Shown: piece by piece, positions 1 to 14,705 of the stretch
Position numbering within the stretch: the first letter of the stretch is position 1
Layout: every line of letters starts with the position of its first letter
NCBI RefSeq assembly: GCF_009914755.1
Contig: NC_060933.1
DNA from: the human T2T-CHM13v2.0 reference genome, Homo sapiens
Length of the DNA: 64,000 nucleotides
Strand: one strand, 5' to 3'
Notes under the pieces: generated by a model
The model's input: only the letters and a program-made list of their open reading frames with translations
Databases searched by the model: none
Told to the model about the DNA's origin: nothing
Position numbers and translations under genes: made by a program

Positions 1-204
1 ATAGAGTTGCACAGTATTGGGATGTATTCTGAAATCGTGCAAACAAAGAACAGCATATACCATTTGGATTAAAATATTTTCTACATAAAATCTGACTCTG
101 CTTTCTTTTCCTTTCTCTCCTGCCTCACGAAGACACTTAGACATTTGAAATTAGCCATAGGAAAAGCGCATAAAATCTTCTTTACTATATTATGGATTTG
201 ACTC

Positions 205-375
205 TACTATGGAAAAAGCATGGGCTTTGTGATAAGACAGAATTTGGTTCCAACTCTAACCATACCTCTTCTTGTTGTTTGATCTAAGCCTTAGTTTTAC
301 CACCGGTAGATAGAGATGATATTCTTATGACAATAAGGTGTGATGAAGATTAAATGAGATAATGACGTTACAATG
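205..375 (+). mobile_element. MIR SINE fragment
   Basis: Degenerate MIR core: gaaaaagcatgggcttt...ccttagtttt...gtgatgaagattaaatgagataat. Confidence 0.5.
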
Positions 376-2246
376 TATCTTCTTTCTTTTTTCCTCTAAA
401 TACATAGAAATACAATCATCCCCATAGCAGCTCCACATAATTCTGTGACAAATGAGAGAGGATTTTTTGTTCATTGTCAATAAAGGCCTCCATTTCATCT
501 CTTCAATAAATTGACATAAGTTTACTGAGCACTATTTACAGGAAAAACTTTGTGGTAAGTGCTTAAAGGTTAGAAAGTCTTATTACACAAAGTGTATGAA
601 ATTAGGGCATTTATTGAAATGCCTTTTCATTGGTTATCATAGCAAATAATCAAGATTACTTAGCCTTTTAAGTCTTTATTTTTCTTTACAGGATGAATGT
701 GTTCAGTATGGAAAAATAATAAAAACAAATAAGCCGCTTAAACTCAAACTCAAACTGAAAGTAGTGGTTCTTATTTCATAGTAGATTGATTACCAATTAC
801 TTGCTTCCAACCAGTTTTGTCTTACAGCTGTATACCTATATCTGTCTGTACACTTGCCTCTATGTACTTGCACACACAGTGTTGTATGGCAAAAAGAGAA
901 CTGTGCTTGGGGTTCAAGCCTTGCCTTCCCATATTGTAATGCAAATTAGAATTGCCATTGTGTTCCTTCCTGGAATCTCAAAGACCTCATTGTTAAATGG
1001 GATTTTCTGGACAGAGGATCTCTAGATCTCTAAAGTCATTACTGTATGCGTAAGTTAAACTGTGGTATAAAACACTTGTAACTGTTCACTAATGTGTGCA
1101 TGTATATGTATATTTACATACAGATTTATGTAAAAGATTGTAAAGAATATGTTCAGTTCCCAGAACACAACTCTACAGCAATTTCATGGGGATAGATAAC
1201 ATACGAATGCAGTTTCACATTATTATACTAAAGTGTCATGAGTAAAAGATTCCCAAAGAACTTTCAAACTAATGTCTAATCTAGTGTCTCCTAAAACAGT
1301 GCAGAGATAGATTCCAGGATAATACCAGTGGTTTTCTCCTTTAGCTATCCCCCGCACAAATTCCACATAACACAGGGATGATCATAGGCCAGTTGGATGC
1401 ACGGTGTTAGAGAGGTTTAATTGACCTCATAATGTCTTACCTATGACCCTAATTAAAACCACTCAACTGCATCTCAAAAATAATCAAAACAAAAAAATAA
1501 TATTTTATCAAGAGGACCTGCCAATATTACAATATGTTTGTCAGCTCCCAATGTCTTCCCCCACCCCATCACTAAAATAGCCTAAAAATTATTAGCACTG
1601 AAGGTTCCATTGTCAGTGGTCTAATTTTCTTTTTGACTTTCTACCACTGCAAAATTTTTAAATAGAGCCCAATATATTTCTAACCATTCCAAATTTCTGA
1701 TGTGTCAGGATATTTTAATTTCTTATATATTATTTATAAGGACCAGTATGTATGCATCAAAAATCTTCTTTTACATACTTTTCACAACATAAATGAAAAA
1801 CATACGTTTTTCCTGTTTTATAACCATTGAAATTCAAGGCAGAAATTAGCCTTGACATAAGGAAAAATACAGAATAAAGAGAAAGGTATTTTTCACCATA
1901 AAAATTTTAACTTGGAGAAGAAAAAGGGCAATTACAAGTCAGTTCATCCTTTGGGAATATGTAATGCACAAAGATTTCTGGTTAAAACACAGATGAAAGG
2001 GTAAAGGAACAGATATAAAATCTTTCTGTATAATTCATCCCAACTCTATACAAATATTAAATCTCCATATGATATTAGGTTCGTGTTATATTAACATTCA
2101 TTGATCTCTTTAATAAGTGAACCACCCAAAAGCTACTGGTTGTGAATCTCTGAAAATGAGGATAGCTTCATGCTTATAAAAATAAATAAATAAAATTCCA
2201 CAGGCGATTTTTATGCAGGGCCTTGTTCAAAAACACTGTGTCCATC

Positions 2247-2604
2247 TTATCAGTCCATTCTCGCACTGCTATGAAGAAATACCCAAAACTGGGTAATTTA
2301 TAAGGGAAAGAGGTTTAATCGATTCACAGTTCCACACAGCTGGGGAGGCCTCAGGAAACTTACAATCATGGCAGAAGGCACCTCTTCACAGGGCAGCAGG
2401 AGAGAGAATGAGTGCTAAGTGAAGGGGAAAGCCCCTTATCAAGCCATCAGATCTCCTGAGAACTCACTATCACCAGAACAGAATGGAGGAAACCGCCCCC
2501 ACGATTCAATTACTTCCTACCGGCTCCCTCCCACAACAAGTGGGGATTATGAGAATTACAATTCAAGATGAGATTTTGGGTGGGGACACAGCCAAACCAT
2601 ATCA
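2247..2604 (-). mobile_element. THE1 (THE1C/D-like) MaLR solo LTR
   Basis: Reverse complement starts TGATATGGTTTGGCTGTGTCCCCACCC (THE1 5' end); ~358 bp; 5-bp TSD-like CCATC (2242-2246)/ACATC (2605-2609). Confidence 0.92.
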
Positions 2605-2660
2605 ACATCTGCGGTGTATGTAGTCCTTTCTTGGGTAAAGCACTTTACTTGGATATTGAC

Positions 2661-2952
2661 TTTTTTTTTTTTTTTTTTTGAGATGAGTCTCACTCTGTTG
2701 CCCAGGCAGTGGTGTAATCTTGGCCCACTGCAACCTCCGCCTCCCAGGTTCAAGCAATTATCCTACCTCAGCCTCCCCAGTAGCTGGGATTACAAGGGCA
2801 CACCACCATACCCAGCTAATTTTTATATTTTTAGTAGAGACAGGGTTTAACCATGTTGGCCAGGCTGGCCTCGAACTCCTGACCTCAGGTGATCTGCCCG
2901 CTGCAGCCTTCCAAAGTGCTGGGATTACAAGTGTGAGCCACCGCGCCTAGCC
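2661..2952 (-). mobile_element. Full-length AluS
   Basis: Poly(T) followed by the Alu reverse complement ending ccgcgcctagcc; TSD-like ggatattgac/ggatgttgcc. Confidence 0.97.
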
Positions 2953-2986
2953 GGATGTTGCCATTTTTATGTTAACGTGAATCATG

Positions 2987-3299
<313 letters not shown>

Positions 3300-3539
3300 T
3301 TAGCTGTGTGCCACCTTTAAGTGAATAGAAGCTGTTAAATTGAGAGCTAGAGTGGTTTTCCCGAAGTCACAGGGAATCAGTTAGGAAACTGGCTGTATAT
3401 ATAAAGCACCAGTGTCCAGAGAAGGATAACTTTGCCTTAAACAAATATATATTGAAAGAAGTAACTAACCTGGGACCATCAAAAGGTTGCACTTGGAACT
3501 CTAAGCATACACAATTCATGCAGAACTTTCAGGAATTAT

Positions 3540-3755
3540 ATTGAGCACTTACTTTATGCCAGACAATTCTCCAAATATTTTTACATGCATTATCACATTT
3601 TATCCTTATAAAAAAAAATCGTATCAGTTAGAGATAATTATTATGTCAAGGAGATCGTGAGATAGAGGTTCAAAATGTGAAGTAGTTAGACCAAGCCATA
3701 GGTAGGATGCAAAATCCATTGGACCAATTTCTGTGTCCACATGCGTAACCACAAT
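3540..3755 (-). mobile_element. MIR fragment
   Basis: ttgagcacttactttatgccagac...tttacatgcattatcacattttatcc pattern. Confidence 0.55.
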
Positions 3756-4134
3756 GTAAAACTTCAGATGAGTGAATCAGACCCCTCAGTTCCATCTTGT
3801 AAAGATCCTACTTCGTGCAGGAGCAGCTCTTTTAGCCTACATTTCTAATGTTCCAGATGATGGACTTTCTGCCTTTACTTCCTGTTTAAGTCCACCTCAT
3901 TGTCTCCCAGTTTTTCCTGAAATTTTAATTTCAGAATCCTTGAACAACAGCCCCAAGAACCTCATTAATTCACCTTTACCCTATTCTTAAGCTAATATGG
4001 CTCTATAAAGTCAGTTTATCTCAGAGAAGATGACTGCCTAGAACAGAGTCTATTATGTAGTACACATTTGTTGAACAAGTGAAAGATCTCATACTGAACT
4101 TGGAACACATACATTTGTTTTACAGCAGATAATA

Positions 4135-4350
4135 CTGCTAACACCCTGTATTTATGAGCACTTTCCTCAACATATTTTCCTATTATGTAATTCCATTCTT
4201 ACAATCAGCTCTGAAAGGAAAATACAGTAGGTATTATCATTCCCATTTTCCAGATGAAAAAACTGAGTTCCAAAAAATTGAAGTAATTTCTCAAATTTAC
4301 ATGGCTTCTAAGTAGCAGAGCCAGTGTTCAAACCTAGCTTTCCTAGATTC
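4135..4350 (-). mobile_element. MIR fragment
   Basis: MIR core attatcattcccattttccagatgaaaaaactgag...agcagagccagtgttcaaacc. Confidence 0.6.
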
Positions 4351-4494
4351 CTGGAACTACTTCATAACCTCCAGAGAATACTGTTCAATGAACTTTCTTC
4401 AAAGGTGCTTGGGAAATAAGAGTTTAGCAGAGAATGAATTTAAAGGGAGCTAAGGCTGTCTGAGAAAAGGTGGTACATATTTTTATCTGTGACA

Positions 4495-4635
4495 GCAGTT
4501 TCCTAAACATTCAGGAATTTTTCTAACTAGCTGTTAAACCATTGGTAACTTGAAATCAGCCATGACCTGTGCATTTATGTCACAGAAATGGACAAACACT
4601 ATAAATAAGGGATTTTTTTTCGTAAAAGCTGGTTA
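4495..4635. mobile_element. MER63-like hAT DNA transposon fragment
   Basis: ttgaaatcagccatg...atttatgtcacagaaatggacaaacactataaataaggg resembles the MER63 internal sequence as recalled. Confidence 0.45.
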
Positions 4636-4945
4636 TAGGTGGAGAAGGGTAAAAGTGTTCCAAGCAAAGAGAAAGCCAACATCTGTAATGACAGATTTTG
4701 AATCTAGTCAGACATCAGTCTGACTAGAATATTAGTAATAAATTATAGTTCAGTAAGTAAGAAATAATGCAAGGAAAAGGATGCAACAAATGTGTGGTAA
4801 AATTATGGAGGGTTTCTAAAGCTGTTTGGGAGTTTCTACTCAATGGTGGAAGAAACAAGAAACTTCTGAAATAAGTACCATGCAAAAAAACTGTGACATT
4901 ACAGTAACTGTATGCCTCCAGATTAAATCATGCTCTAGCCAGACT

Positions 4946-6990
4946 TTTTAAAATAATCTTTTAAATTAGATTTATAGAAAAACTGCAAAGATAGCACAGA
5001 GTTTCTGTGTGCACCACATCCAGGTTCTCCTATGACTAACATCTTACATTATCATGGTATGTATGCCAGTATTAATGAACCAATATTGACACATTACTAA
5101 CTGAAGTCCATACTGTATTCAGATTTCCTTAGTCTTTACCTAATTCCCTCTTCTTGTTGTAGATATCCTTCGGGATACCACATTATATTTGTTGGTTATG
5201 TCTCCTTAGGCTCGTTTTTGCTGCGATAGCTTCTGAAGCTTTCTTTGTTTCTTTACGACCTTGACAGTTTGAGAAGGGATTTTGTAGAATGTCCCATTAC
5301 TGGGACTTGTCTAACGTATTTCTTATTATTAAACTAGACTTAAAGGTTTTGGGGAGGGAGATGACAGAGGTAAAATGCCATTCTCATCACACCATATAAA
5401 GGATACACACCATCAACACGGACTTTTCACTGTGATGTTAACTCTGATTACCTGGCTGAGATGGTATCTTGCAGTTTCTTCCACTGTTAAATTACCTCCC
5501 CTCTAACCCTTTCCTTTGGAAGGAAGTCACTATGTGCAGCCCACATTCAGTGAGTAGGAGTTATGCTCCACCTTCTTGAAAGCAGAGCATCTATGCTGCA
5601 TAGATTATTTGGAGTTATTCTGCATAGCAGAGTTTTCTATTCTTACCCCTGTGTTTATTTATTCAATCATTGTTTTATGTAAGTACTAGCTCATATATAG
5701 CTATTTAATACTTTGGTTTATAATCTAGTACCACTTTGTTTTGTTGCTCAAGTTGTTCCAGCTTTCACCACTGGGGACTTTTTCAGTTGGCTCCTGTATC
5801 CTTTTTGACATACCTCCATCCTAGTGGGGTTTTTTGAGCACTTTCTTGTTTTCTGGCACCATATATTGCTCTGGGCTCAACTTGTGTATTTTCTGCCCAG
5901 TCCTGGAATCAGCCATTTCTCCAAGGATACCTGGTGTTTTGTGTGTGTGTGTGTGTGTTTTTTTTAATTGAAGAACGGTGTTAGAAACCAAGATCTGGGC
6001 TCTATGTATACTCATGGCTACTGTAGGTATCTTGCTTATAGGTCCTCTCAGCTGACAGAATGACTTGGTGTGCTCAAACTGTTGTAACAAAATACTATAC
6101 AGCTTAAACAACAAATATTTCTCATAGTTCTAGATACTAGAAGTCTGAGATTAGGGTGCCAGCATGGGTGGATTCTGGTGAGTGCCCATTTCCTGGCTTG
6201 CAGACAGCTGCCTTCTCATCCTCACATGGCAGGGAGAGGGAGAGGAAACAAGCTCTCTTGTGTCTCTTCTTAGAAGACAGTAATCCCATCATGAGAGCTC
6301 CACCTCATAACCTAGTTACTTTCTAAATAACATCATACTGCGGATTAGGCTTCCAACATATGAACTGGGTGGGAGGGGAGGACAAAAACATTCATCCTGT
6401 AGTGCACAGCAATGAAATATATGTGTGTATACTAACTCATACATGTATATATACATAACTATAAATATTTCTATGTGTAACCACCTGCACCTATATTGAT
6501 GTCTACAACTCTAATCCATTAGCACACATATCATTCTAGCCTTCTACCTTGTTTAACTGTAACATCCCACTTCAGAAATGAGAAACCTGATTCCTCCTAT
6601 TTGTCAATCATTTACTTAATTGTTCAATTCCAATATGCAGGTATGATTTCAGAATTTACAGTTGTACCTCTGTGGGAAATAACCTTATCAATTAGAGTCC
6701 AGTGTTTATGTCCAGATTTATGTTTGTTTTTGTTCTTATAGATTCCACTCATTTCCAGAGTTACTTAGGTCAGTACCTTCTGCCCTCACCTTGAGAGATG
6801 TTGTTTCCTACATTGTAATGCAGTTAGACTCTTTTGTCATATTCTGCATTTAACCCTGGGATTCTCTGACCTCCTAAATAATTTTCTTAACTTTGTCTAT
6901 ATTAAGGCTCAGTCTTTGTGCTGTAAAGTTCGATGGGTTTTTGACAAATGAATAGTGATACATAGAATCACTACAGTGTCATACAGAATG
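4946..6990 (-). mobile_element. Ancient L1MC/L1MD 3' end, split by an MLT1A LTR
   Basis: T-rich tail then tttatagaaaaactgcaaagatagcacagag (L1MC/MD 3'UTR, reverse complement); the sequence resumes after 6406; flanks ctagccagact/ctagctagact look like a TSD. Confidence 0.75.
6061..6406 (-). mobile_element. MLT1A-like MaLR solo LTR
   Basis: gaagtctgagattagggtgccagcatgg...ttctggtgag...gacaaaaacattca; TSD-like CAGAA/CAGCA. Confidence 0.85.
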
Positions 6991-9900
6991 ATTCTAGCTA
7001 GACTGATGATTTTGTGCACTTGCATCATGCAATTTCTTTAGTGAATGCAATGTGCAGCCCACATTCAGGGCGCAGGATGCCTCCTTTGCTCAATCTTGTT
7101 GTCGTTAAGCCTTAGATAAATAAACAAATAACAAGTATTAATTTTGAAATAATAGCTATAATCAAATATTTGAGCGTACTTTTCTCTGGTATGTAACACT
7201 CTAACGTATTTCTTAACTTGTAGAGTAATAGGTTGCTACCCTCTAGGAAAAATATCAAATGAAGCACCAGAGGTAGATACTTGAGTAAAAATCAAAATCA
7301 CGTTTACATTTATAGCAAAGAAAAACCAAAGATGTTAAAAAGATAAGATCTTCATCTGAAAGATATTTTACCTTTAGATTAATGCATATTTCCATTCTAT
7401 TATTGCTTATTCAGCAAAAAAAATTATAGAGAAAACATTTTAAAATATGTTCAAGCTGAATTTAAGTTCATATACTTGAAACTAATATACTTGTTTTGAT
7501 GATAAACATTACTGTCATCTCTCCATTGGTGTGATTTATCCCAACACAAACTACTAATGGTAAATAACTTGGCCTTCAGTTGAGAGTTTACAGATTCGTG
7601 ACAATATTAGAAAGACAATTGTAGCACTCCCCAGAAAAGAGATCTCACATTTACTTGTAAGTACAGACACCTTACAAACTAGTCGAAAGAGTACATAACC
7701 CTGAACATGGAAGAGAATAGACAGAAATCAATACTGAATATTTAAAAGTAACAACATTTAGAAGAAAAACTTACTCTCTTAGTAAACTCCTGAATCCAAA
7801 CAGAACAGAATATATGAGAAAAGTACTTTTCATCCATTACTCACTCAGGAATCACCAGTATATAAGGATTCGAAAATGATGAGTTTCTTTTCTTTGAGTT
7901 AGGGAAATACCTGTTTTGCTAAACCAAGCCCTCCCAGAAGTATATCTTTCTAAATCTACCTTTTCCTATGAAGATAATCTTCCCCCCAACCATGCACCTC
8001 ACAAACCTAAGCTCAGGAGAGAGCGTTCTTTGAAGAGAAGATAAAGGCCTGAAAATATCAAGACAGATTATTCTATTGAGAGGGGGAAATCTGTAAACCT
8101 TTTCTAATGTGAATTTGGCTTTGATAAATTCTTGAAAGAGCCAGTTTTACCTCTTCATTTAAACTCTCCATTGAGTAATGGAAATGAAAAAATAATTCTC
8201 TTACTTCCTACCTGTGCTGCCTTAGAGGCTCCAAAGAGAGTCAGCAAGGGACAATAGAGTCTTCTAGTGATTTGTCCATAATAACTGAGCATCTTGGGTT
8301 GAAAAAAAAATGGATTGTTGATCGCCTGAGCTTGTTTAGCTTTGCTTTTTTAATTGCTAAATGCCAGCCTGGGAATTCTGCCTAAAATGGTAATAAGTTG
8401 CATTTATACTACACCTTTCATCTAGGAGGCACATACTTCCCTCAGTTTTGAAACACAGCCATTCTGGAGCTGAAAAGCAGTAACTGTTTTAGTGTCGAAC
8501 ATTTATCCAGTGCCATAATTATACAAGGTGGAAGAAATTGTTTGAAGCAGAACCAAAATATTGCAGTAACAAAGATTGTGGGCTGCAGGTTTTGAAAATA
8601 TTCTAGATATAGTCTGTTTTGTGACTTCCTTTGCCTAGAGAATATTTATATATCCCTTTGAATCTTGAGTTTCCTAAGAGGCCCACTTTTGTGTTCCTGT
8701 TTGGGTCCAACATAATTGGCCAAGAATTTAGGAAGAATGAATTAACATTAAGTATTTTCTTTCAGGAAAATCTTCTGAGACCTAGAATGTGCATCGAGAA
8801 AAAAGGCAACAAGAAAGAGATTTATAACTATTTGTATTTTACAGACAATATTTTACTCCTTATAAAGCAATTTCTATCTTTGAAAGGAGTGTGTGGGTAA
8901 AACAAGATCACAAAGGCCCACCCAGGAACTTCTGAACATATGCCTCATAGCTGATTCCTCTTCTGCTAGCCCAAGAGACAGAGATATGGTATCTATCATT
9001 GGAATACAAACCTATCAGGTCAGAACTGAAGTCTTACTCATTGCTCTAGCCTTAGAACCCAGATAATACTTAGAGATCATAGATCCTCAATAAAAGTTTG
9101 CTAAATCAATGAAAAATTGACCCTCTTCCCCTGAAAACATGAAAATGAATGCATGCAAAGTTTTCAGTTAATACTGGAGAAGTGATCAGGCCTTTTTTCG
9201 CTTGAAAAGCCAGAAGAGGGGAAAAGTACTGACAAGGAGAGTAAAAGAGCATGGAAGCCAATTTGAGAGACTGAAAAAGAAGTTCTCATGTGCCCTCAAA
9301 ATATCAGACCTCTCTCAGTTTATTGCTGTCAGTAATAAAATGTCATTATTAGGTCCCAGAGAAAAATAATTGAAGACTCATCAGTCATTTATATTTGCCC
9401 CTAAACCAAAGTTATGATGTCCTTTCCTGAGAGCAAGTTTTGAAAGGCAGCAGAAAAGGGAAACTATGTTGCCAAATCATAGCCAGTAAATGGGATAAGA
9501 AGTCTGGGTTTCAAGCATTGTCAACATTTACTTGGTGTGTGAGATTTCCAAACCTCTTAATCTTTCTACGACTCAGCTTCCTTCTCTGCAAAGTAAGAAG
9601 TATGGGCCCGATCTAGATGATCTCTAGAAGTGTGCTAAAATCAGTCCTCTTGCATGTCATGACCCCCGAATCTAAATCTGTAGTCTAGAAAAGCCTATCT
9701 ACTTCTCTGTTTCGCTTAAATAACCTAGGCATCACACGAGCACCTTTGTCTCACTAAATGACCATCTATCCACTTTCTCATTGCTCTGAGAGCCATGAAA
9801 AACTCCCTCTGGTCTAGAAAGATGACAATCTAAACCAAAAATCCCAAGGCAAAGTCACCATTTTCTCTTCCTTGTTTGACACTTGAGGCAACTGATTCTC

Positions 9901-11144
9901 AGAGAGGTTAATTGACTAGCCTTAAGGTATCCAGACAGTAAAAGAAAACACAAAACAAATAATATGTCACTTAAATTCAGGTCTTCAGAACCCCAGCTAA
10001 GGTTTCCTACACAATTCTCCCTGCATATTTACACCTGGATAAGTTTTAAAACCATTTATGAGATTGATTAAAGCTTTTTTCCCTTTAAGTAAAATTTTCC
10101 ATTTTCTGTGGAGACACTGCAAATGTGGTAGAGGATATATTTTCTGATTTTAATGAGGAAAAAAATCCCTTCTGAAGCTCATTAAACCTGTCTACACTAC
10201 CCCCTCCAGAATTGTTATTGATGTAAGACGTTCAAAGTCTAGAATTGTGCTGCTATCTCATAAAACACATAATTTGAGCCAATCCTGACAAATATTCATG
10301 TCACTTTATTCAAGCATAGCTTTCACCTTCCAGAGAGTTAATAAATTGGATTCTAACAGTCTGCAGAGAATATACAGTAAGATAAAAACATCTTCCAAAA
10401 ATTTACAGTATATTTTAGGATGAGTTGAAACATATCAGCAGCCATTGCAGATGCATTTACAGGATTTTTAGAGTAGCACATTTCATCATAAACAGCTCTG
10501 TGATTCAGTATGGCATTAATAATGGAAAGAACAACCTTTAAAATAAAGTAAATGCATTTGGAGCAGTTACTGAGGTGATATGTGTCTCAAAAAAAATTCA
10601 GTTAATAACTTCCAAGTTGATATGATATATTCCTTAGCCTATGCTGCCGGGAAAGATTTATCTTTTATGTTGAACTTCAGGTTGAAACGTTATAATAAAA
10701 TTTAATATCTCTGTGGTAAACTGCCTTCCTCCATTTCCTTTACCTTTTAATTTCTATTATTACCAACTTTAGAATTGTTTCTTTGACCTTATGCAATATT
10801 TCAAAAAGTGGTTTAGATGCCAGATGATTACTAAAACAAAGTTGTAAATAAAATAGATCTATGCATGTACACATATACATCTCAAGATGTTAATCAAAAA
10901 GGACATAAATTATTAATGCATTTTACCTTCACACAAATGAAAGTTACAACCACATGTCCAATGTATTTTAGCCCTATTACTTTTCTTTACAGCTGCTGTC
11001 TCAAACTGTTTCAGAGATCATGAGTTAGTTTGAATTTTCTTGTGTGGTAACCAGTAAGTCAACCTTTATTCCTCTATATTCCCAAGACACCACTCCATGA
11101 ATATGTGTCTAGTAAATTGAAATACTGAGAGATAGGAAAGAAAA

Positions 11145-11310
11145 TCTCTTTTCTCATTTTCCTTTTTCTCTTCTCTTTCATTTTTTATTTCCCACTCTTT
11201 CTCTTCTCTCTTCTCCTCCCCATCTCCCCTCTCCTATCTCCCATCTTCTATCTTCCCTATCTCTCATCTTCTACCTTCTCTCTCCTAGAATATATTTTTT
11301 TCCCTCCGCC
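11145..11310. repeat. Polypyrimidine (TC-rich) low-complexity tract
   Basis: Almost purine-free run of ttctc/ctcct/ctatct units. Confidence 0.8.
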
Positions 11311-14300
11311 CCAGTATACTGGAGTAAGCAGTCAGGAAGAGACAAAATGAAAGAAGGCGTGGAACATTTGTGACCCTCTAATCTAAAAGTAAATTACTAG
11401 TACATAAAAGAACTCACAGGGATTCCAAGAGAGCTCCCAGAAGGGAAAGAATTTTTTTTTTGTTAACATAGTTACCAACCAATAAATTCTGAGTGTATTA
11501 AGTTAAATCCCACCTTGGCCAACAAAAACTACGCACAAAACATCATTGAATAACCTTGGCCCTGCTCGCTTCCCACATGCGGCTCATTAGCAAGGAAAGG
11601 TGAAAACTCCAAGAATCCTGTGGGTGCTGCTCTGAGGTAATTTTATAAATGCCACAGTCATGTTTTAATACAGTACCAAGATAAGGCACTTACAAGGCAA
11701 CATCTCCCGGATCTCATCAAAATGAAGATAGAGTGCTTAAAATTCTAGAAGGTTACTAAAAAGACACTCAGTTCCATACAACATTTTTAAAGGCATTCTA
11801 CTAAAGGTTAGTAAAGAAAACAAAACAAGAAATTGATAAATTAATAAAAATATATTCCATTTTGTCCTACTAGTGACAATGAATATTTAAATTTCATAAC
11901 TAAACCTTACCTTATTTGTTCTGTCCTTTTTCTTATAGCAGGTGATATGCCTCACCTGACACACAGATGTGAAAAGCAATGCCTAACAGCAGCCCTTCCA
12001 GGTCAGCTATGTAGCTAAGAATTGAACATATCAAAACTGTCAAATCCACATTATTTTGTTTCGTCGTGTTTTTTGTAAGTCATGCTCATTTTTAACCAGG
12101 GAGAAACTAAAAGTTCCCACAAAAGCATCTCATTAATCAGACCTTAAAAAATATCTGAATAGTGGGATATAAGGCAATGTTTTTATCTGTGGAATTTGCA
12201 GCAACTTGCAAACCAATATGTGGCAAATAAAATACCCAATCATTTTTCTTCCACTCAAATGACTCCTTTTAAAAAAGAGTTTCGAATCTCATTATGTAAA
12301 ATCCCATTCACATCTTCAACTACAAAAACATTGAAGCTACCCATTATGAACTCCCCATCTCATTCAAGACCAAATCTAAGTACCAACTACAGCACACCAG
12401 GTCTTCTGTGACATGACCCTGCCAGCTTCACTCACCCACCCTATATCCTACCACCAGTAATTTCCCAACCAGCCCTACCTTGGTGAATTTGCACATCACT
12501 ACCTTCTGTTAAGAAGCCTGTCTTCACTTCTCCATTTGCCTAAATCTTACTCAACCATCTAGATTCAAGTCAAACCCCACTCTCTTTGAGGAACCTTCCC
12601 TGATTTCATAACCAAATTTAATATCTCTGTTCTGGACATTAAGGGAACACTTTGTTCTTAACTAAAAGCTTATTATTTCAGTCTTTAGCACAGTATTTGG
12701 AAAATGGAAGATATCACAAAAGTTCTCACTCAAGGAGCTTTAATCACATTTGGGCTACAAAACTCACCAGAGGAAACCATACAGGGTTGTACTCAGTGGC
12801 GCAACGCAAGGTGTAAGGAGAGTTCAGAGTAAAAAGCAACTGAGGAAGCTTTGGACCCAGAAGTCAGAAGCATGCTCAGTGAGAGTCAATTGATGTTCAA
12901 GGGTATCCGTAAGTTTTAACCGGTTCCCTCAGGGTCACTTACTTTTGAAAGCCTTTTCCACAAATACAATAAACAAAAGACAAAGTGAACATGTCTAAGT
13001 AAAAATTGAGCCTTTTATTAGTTTATGCCTGCATGTGGCATCTTTGGGGAAAATCTTAAACATAACTGGCCTGTGAAAAACACCTAGAAATAAGAAAAAA
13101 ACAGCCTTATAATGCAGTTTACTGTTAAAAGGTTTCCTAAAACTAAGAGAATTCACTGTGGAGTTGCATAATACCACAGTGCTTTAGCAATCAATTAATT
13201 AGCTCTCAGTGCCTCATCAATCCTAGTTATTCAAGATTTAACCAAGAGTAATGGGAATAAATTAGGAAGAAAAATTTAGGCTGAATATAAGGAACATTTT
13301 CTTAATCATTAAATCAATTAGACAATGGAATTTAAAATTGGGTATTTAATGTGAAAGATGGAACCAAGAAAGAGAAAGTATAATATCATGAATAAGCAAG
13401 AAATCATAGGTTTAAAAGGTTCTCTGTCATCATTAGCCCATCCTTCTGTGTTTGGAAAAATCAATAATTTAGATTCCTATTTGGATTGTTGTCTATACTA
13501 AAAATTTCAAAACTTCAGAACTTACTAAAATAAAGAAGTTAAATTTCTCCAAGTCTAGCAGATCGTGCGGTAGAAACCATTGAATTCCAGAAAAGTTGAC
13601 ATCCTTTTTTAATATCTACTGACAAAACCCACAAGCAAGAGAATACTCTTTGCATACTGTTCTAAAATACAATCTTCCACAAATAGTTGAAAGATAACAT
13701 GCATTCTGTCACTGTATTTCAATTCTGGGCTATATACTTTAATAAACCTCAATAGAACTTGGGTAGTGTTGGTAAGGAGAAAACCCTTTTCTAGCAACAT
13801 TGGGGATGAGGTTCCTTGGCCAACCCTTCCAAATGAAAATAATTAGAAATGCTGGATAAAATGTTTTTAACAATATTTTGTTTTTGTTTTTGTTTTTCAA
13901 TGCATTGATGAGCTAGCAAATTATACTCACAAGTGAAAACCTAGGCAAAAGTAGAAACCCCAGCAGGGAAATAGAACACTGAGCACATTTGCTCCAGGTA
14001 AACTTGAGCTTCAGTTTCACACTACTAAAAGATACAGAGGAAAGACAAGGCCATGCCCTGTCTATGGTTGGCAGTCTAATAGGAGACTCCTCTGCATGAA
14101 TTTGCAACCACAAAAGCATTCAACCTTAGTGTAAGGGTAAGCTACAAATAAACCTAGTTCAAGACAGTGCAGGAATAATTGTTGATCTAAGATTTGATAG
14201 TGACTGAAAGAAGGAAATTCTCATAAGGATTTATAAACATATGCTAATATTCATGTAGTTTTACAGCCTAAATTTATGTTACCTGGGTGATATTTAAAAA

Positions 14301-14705
14301 TTACAAGCCAGGAATTTAGTTTATATTGGTTATGGGCTTTCTGGCACCTGACAGAACCAAATGCAAATTCTCTTTGGAAGAACACCCCAAGCTGTTCTTG
14401 AAGAATACTTATACATGAAGTTCTAAGAAAAATAAAGTCACATAAAAAAATTAAACAAACATGAATGAGATCAAGACGCTTTAAGCGACAACCAGAAGAA
14501 ACAACAGGCAGCAAATTCAGACCAACAAAATCTTCAGTTATTAGACACAGAATATAAAATAAAAGTATTTGACATATTTTAAAAAGAAAAGGAGAGGTTA
14601 AAAATGTGAGCAAAGCACAATGAAGCAGAATGAGGGGAAAACAGAACTCCAAAAATAAAAATATAATAATTTCCATTAAAAACTAAATGGATAGGTTTCA
14701 TTGCT

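Noticed and set aside
680-785. Acceptor-like ttttctttacag followed by a short open frame
   Set aside because: No convincing donor, an early stop and no recognisable peptide.
14251-14676. 141-aa hydrophobic ORF
   Set aside because: Antisense frame of A-rich old L1 sequence; no domain recognised.
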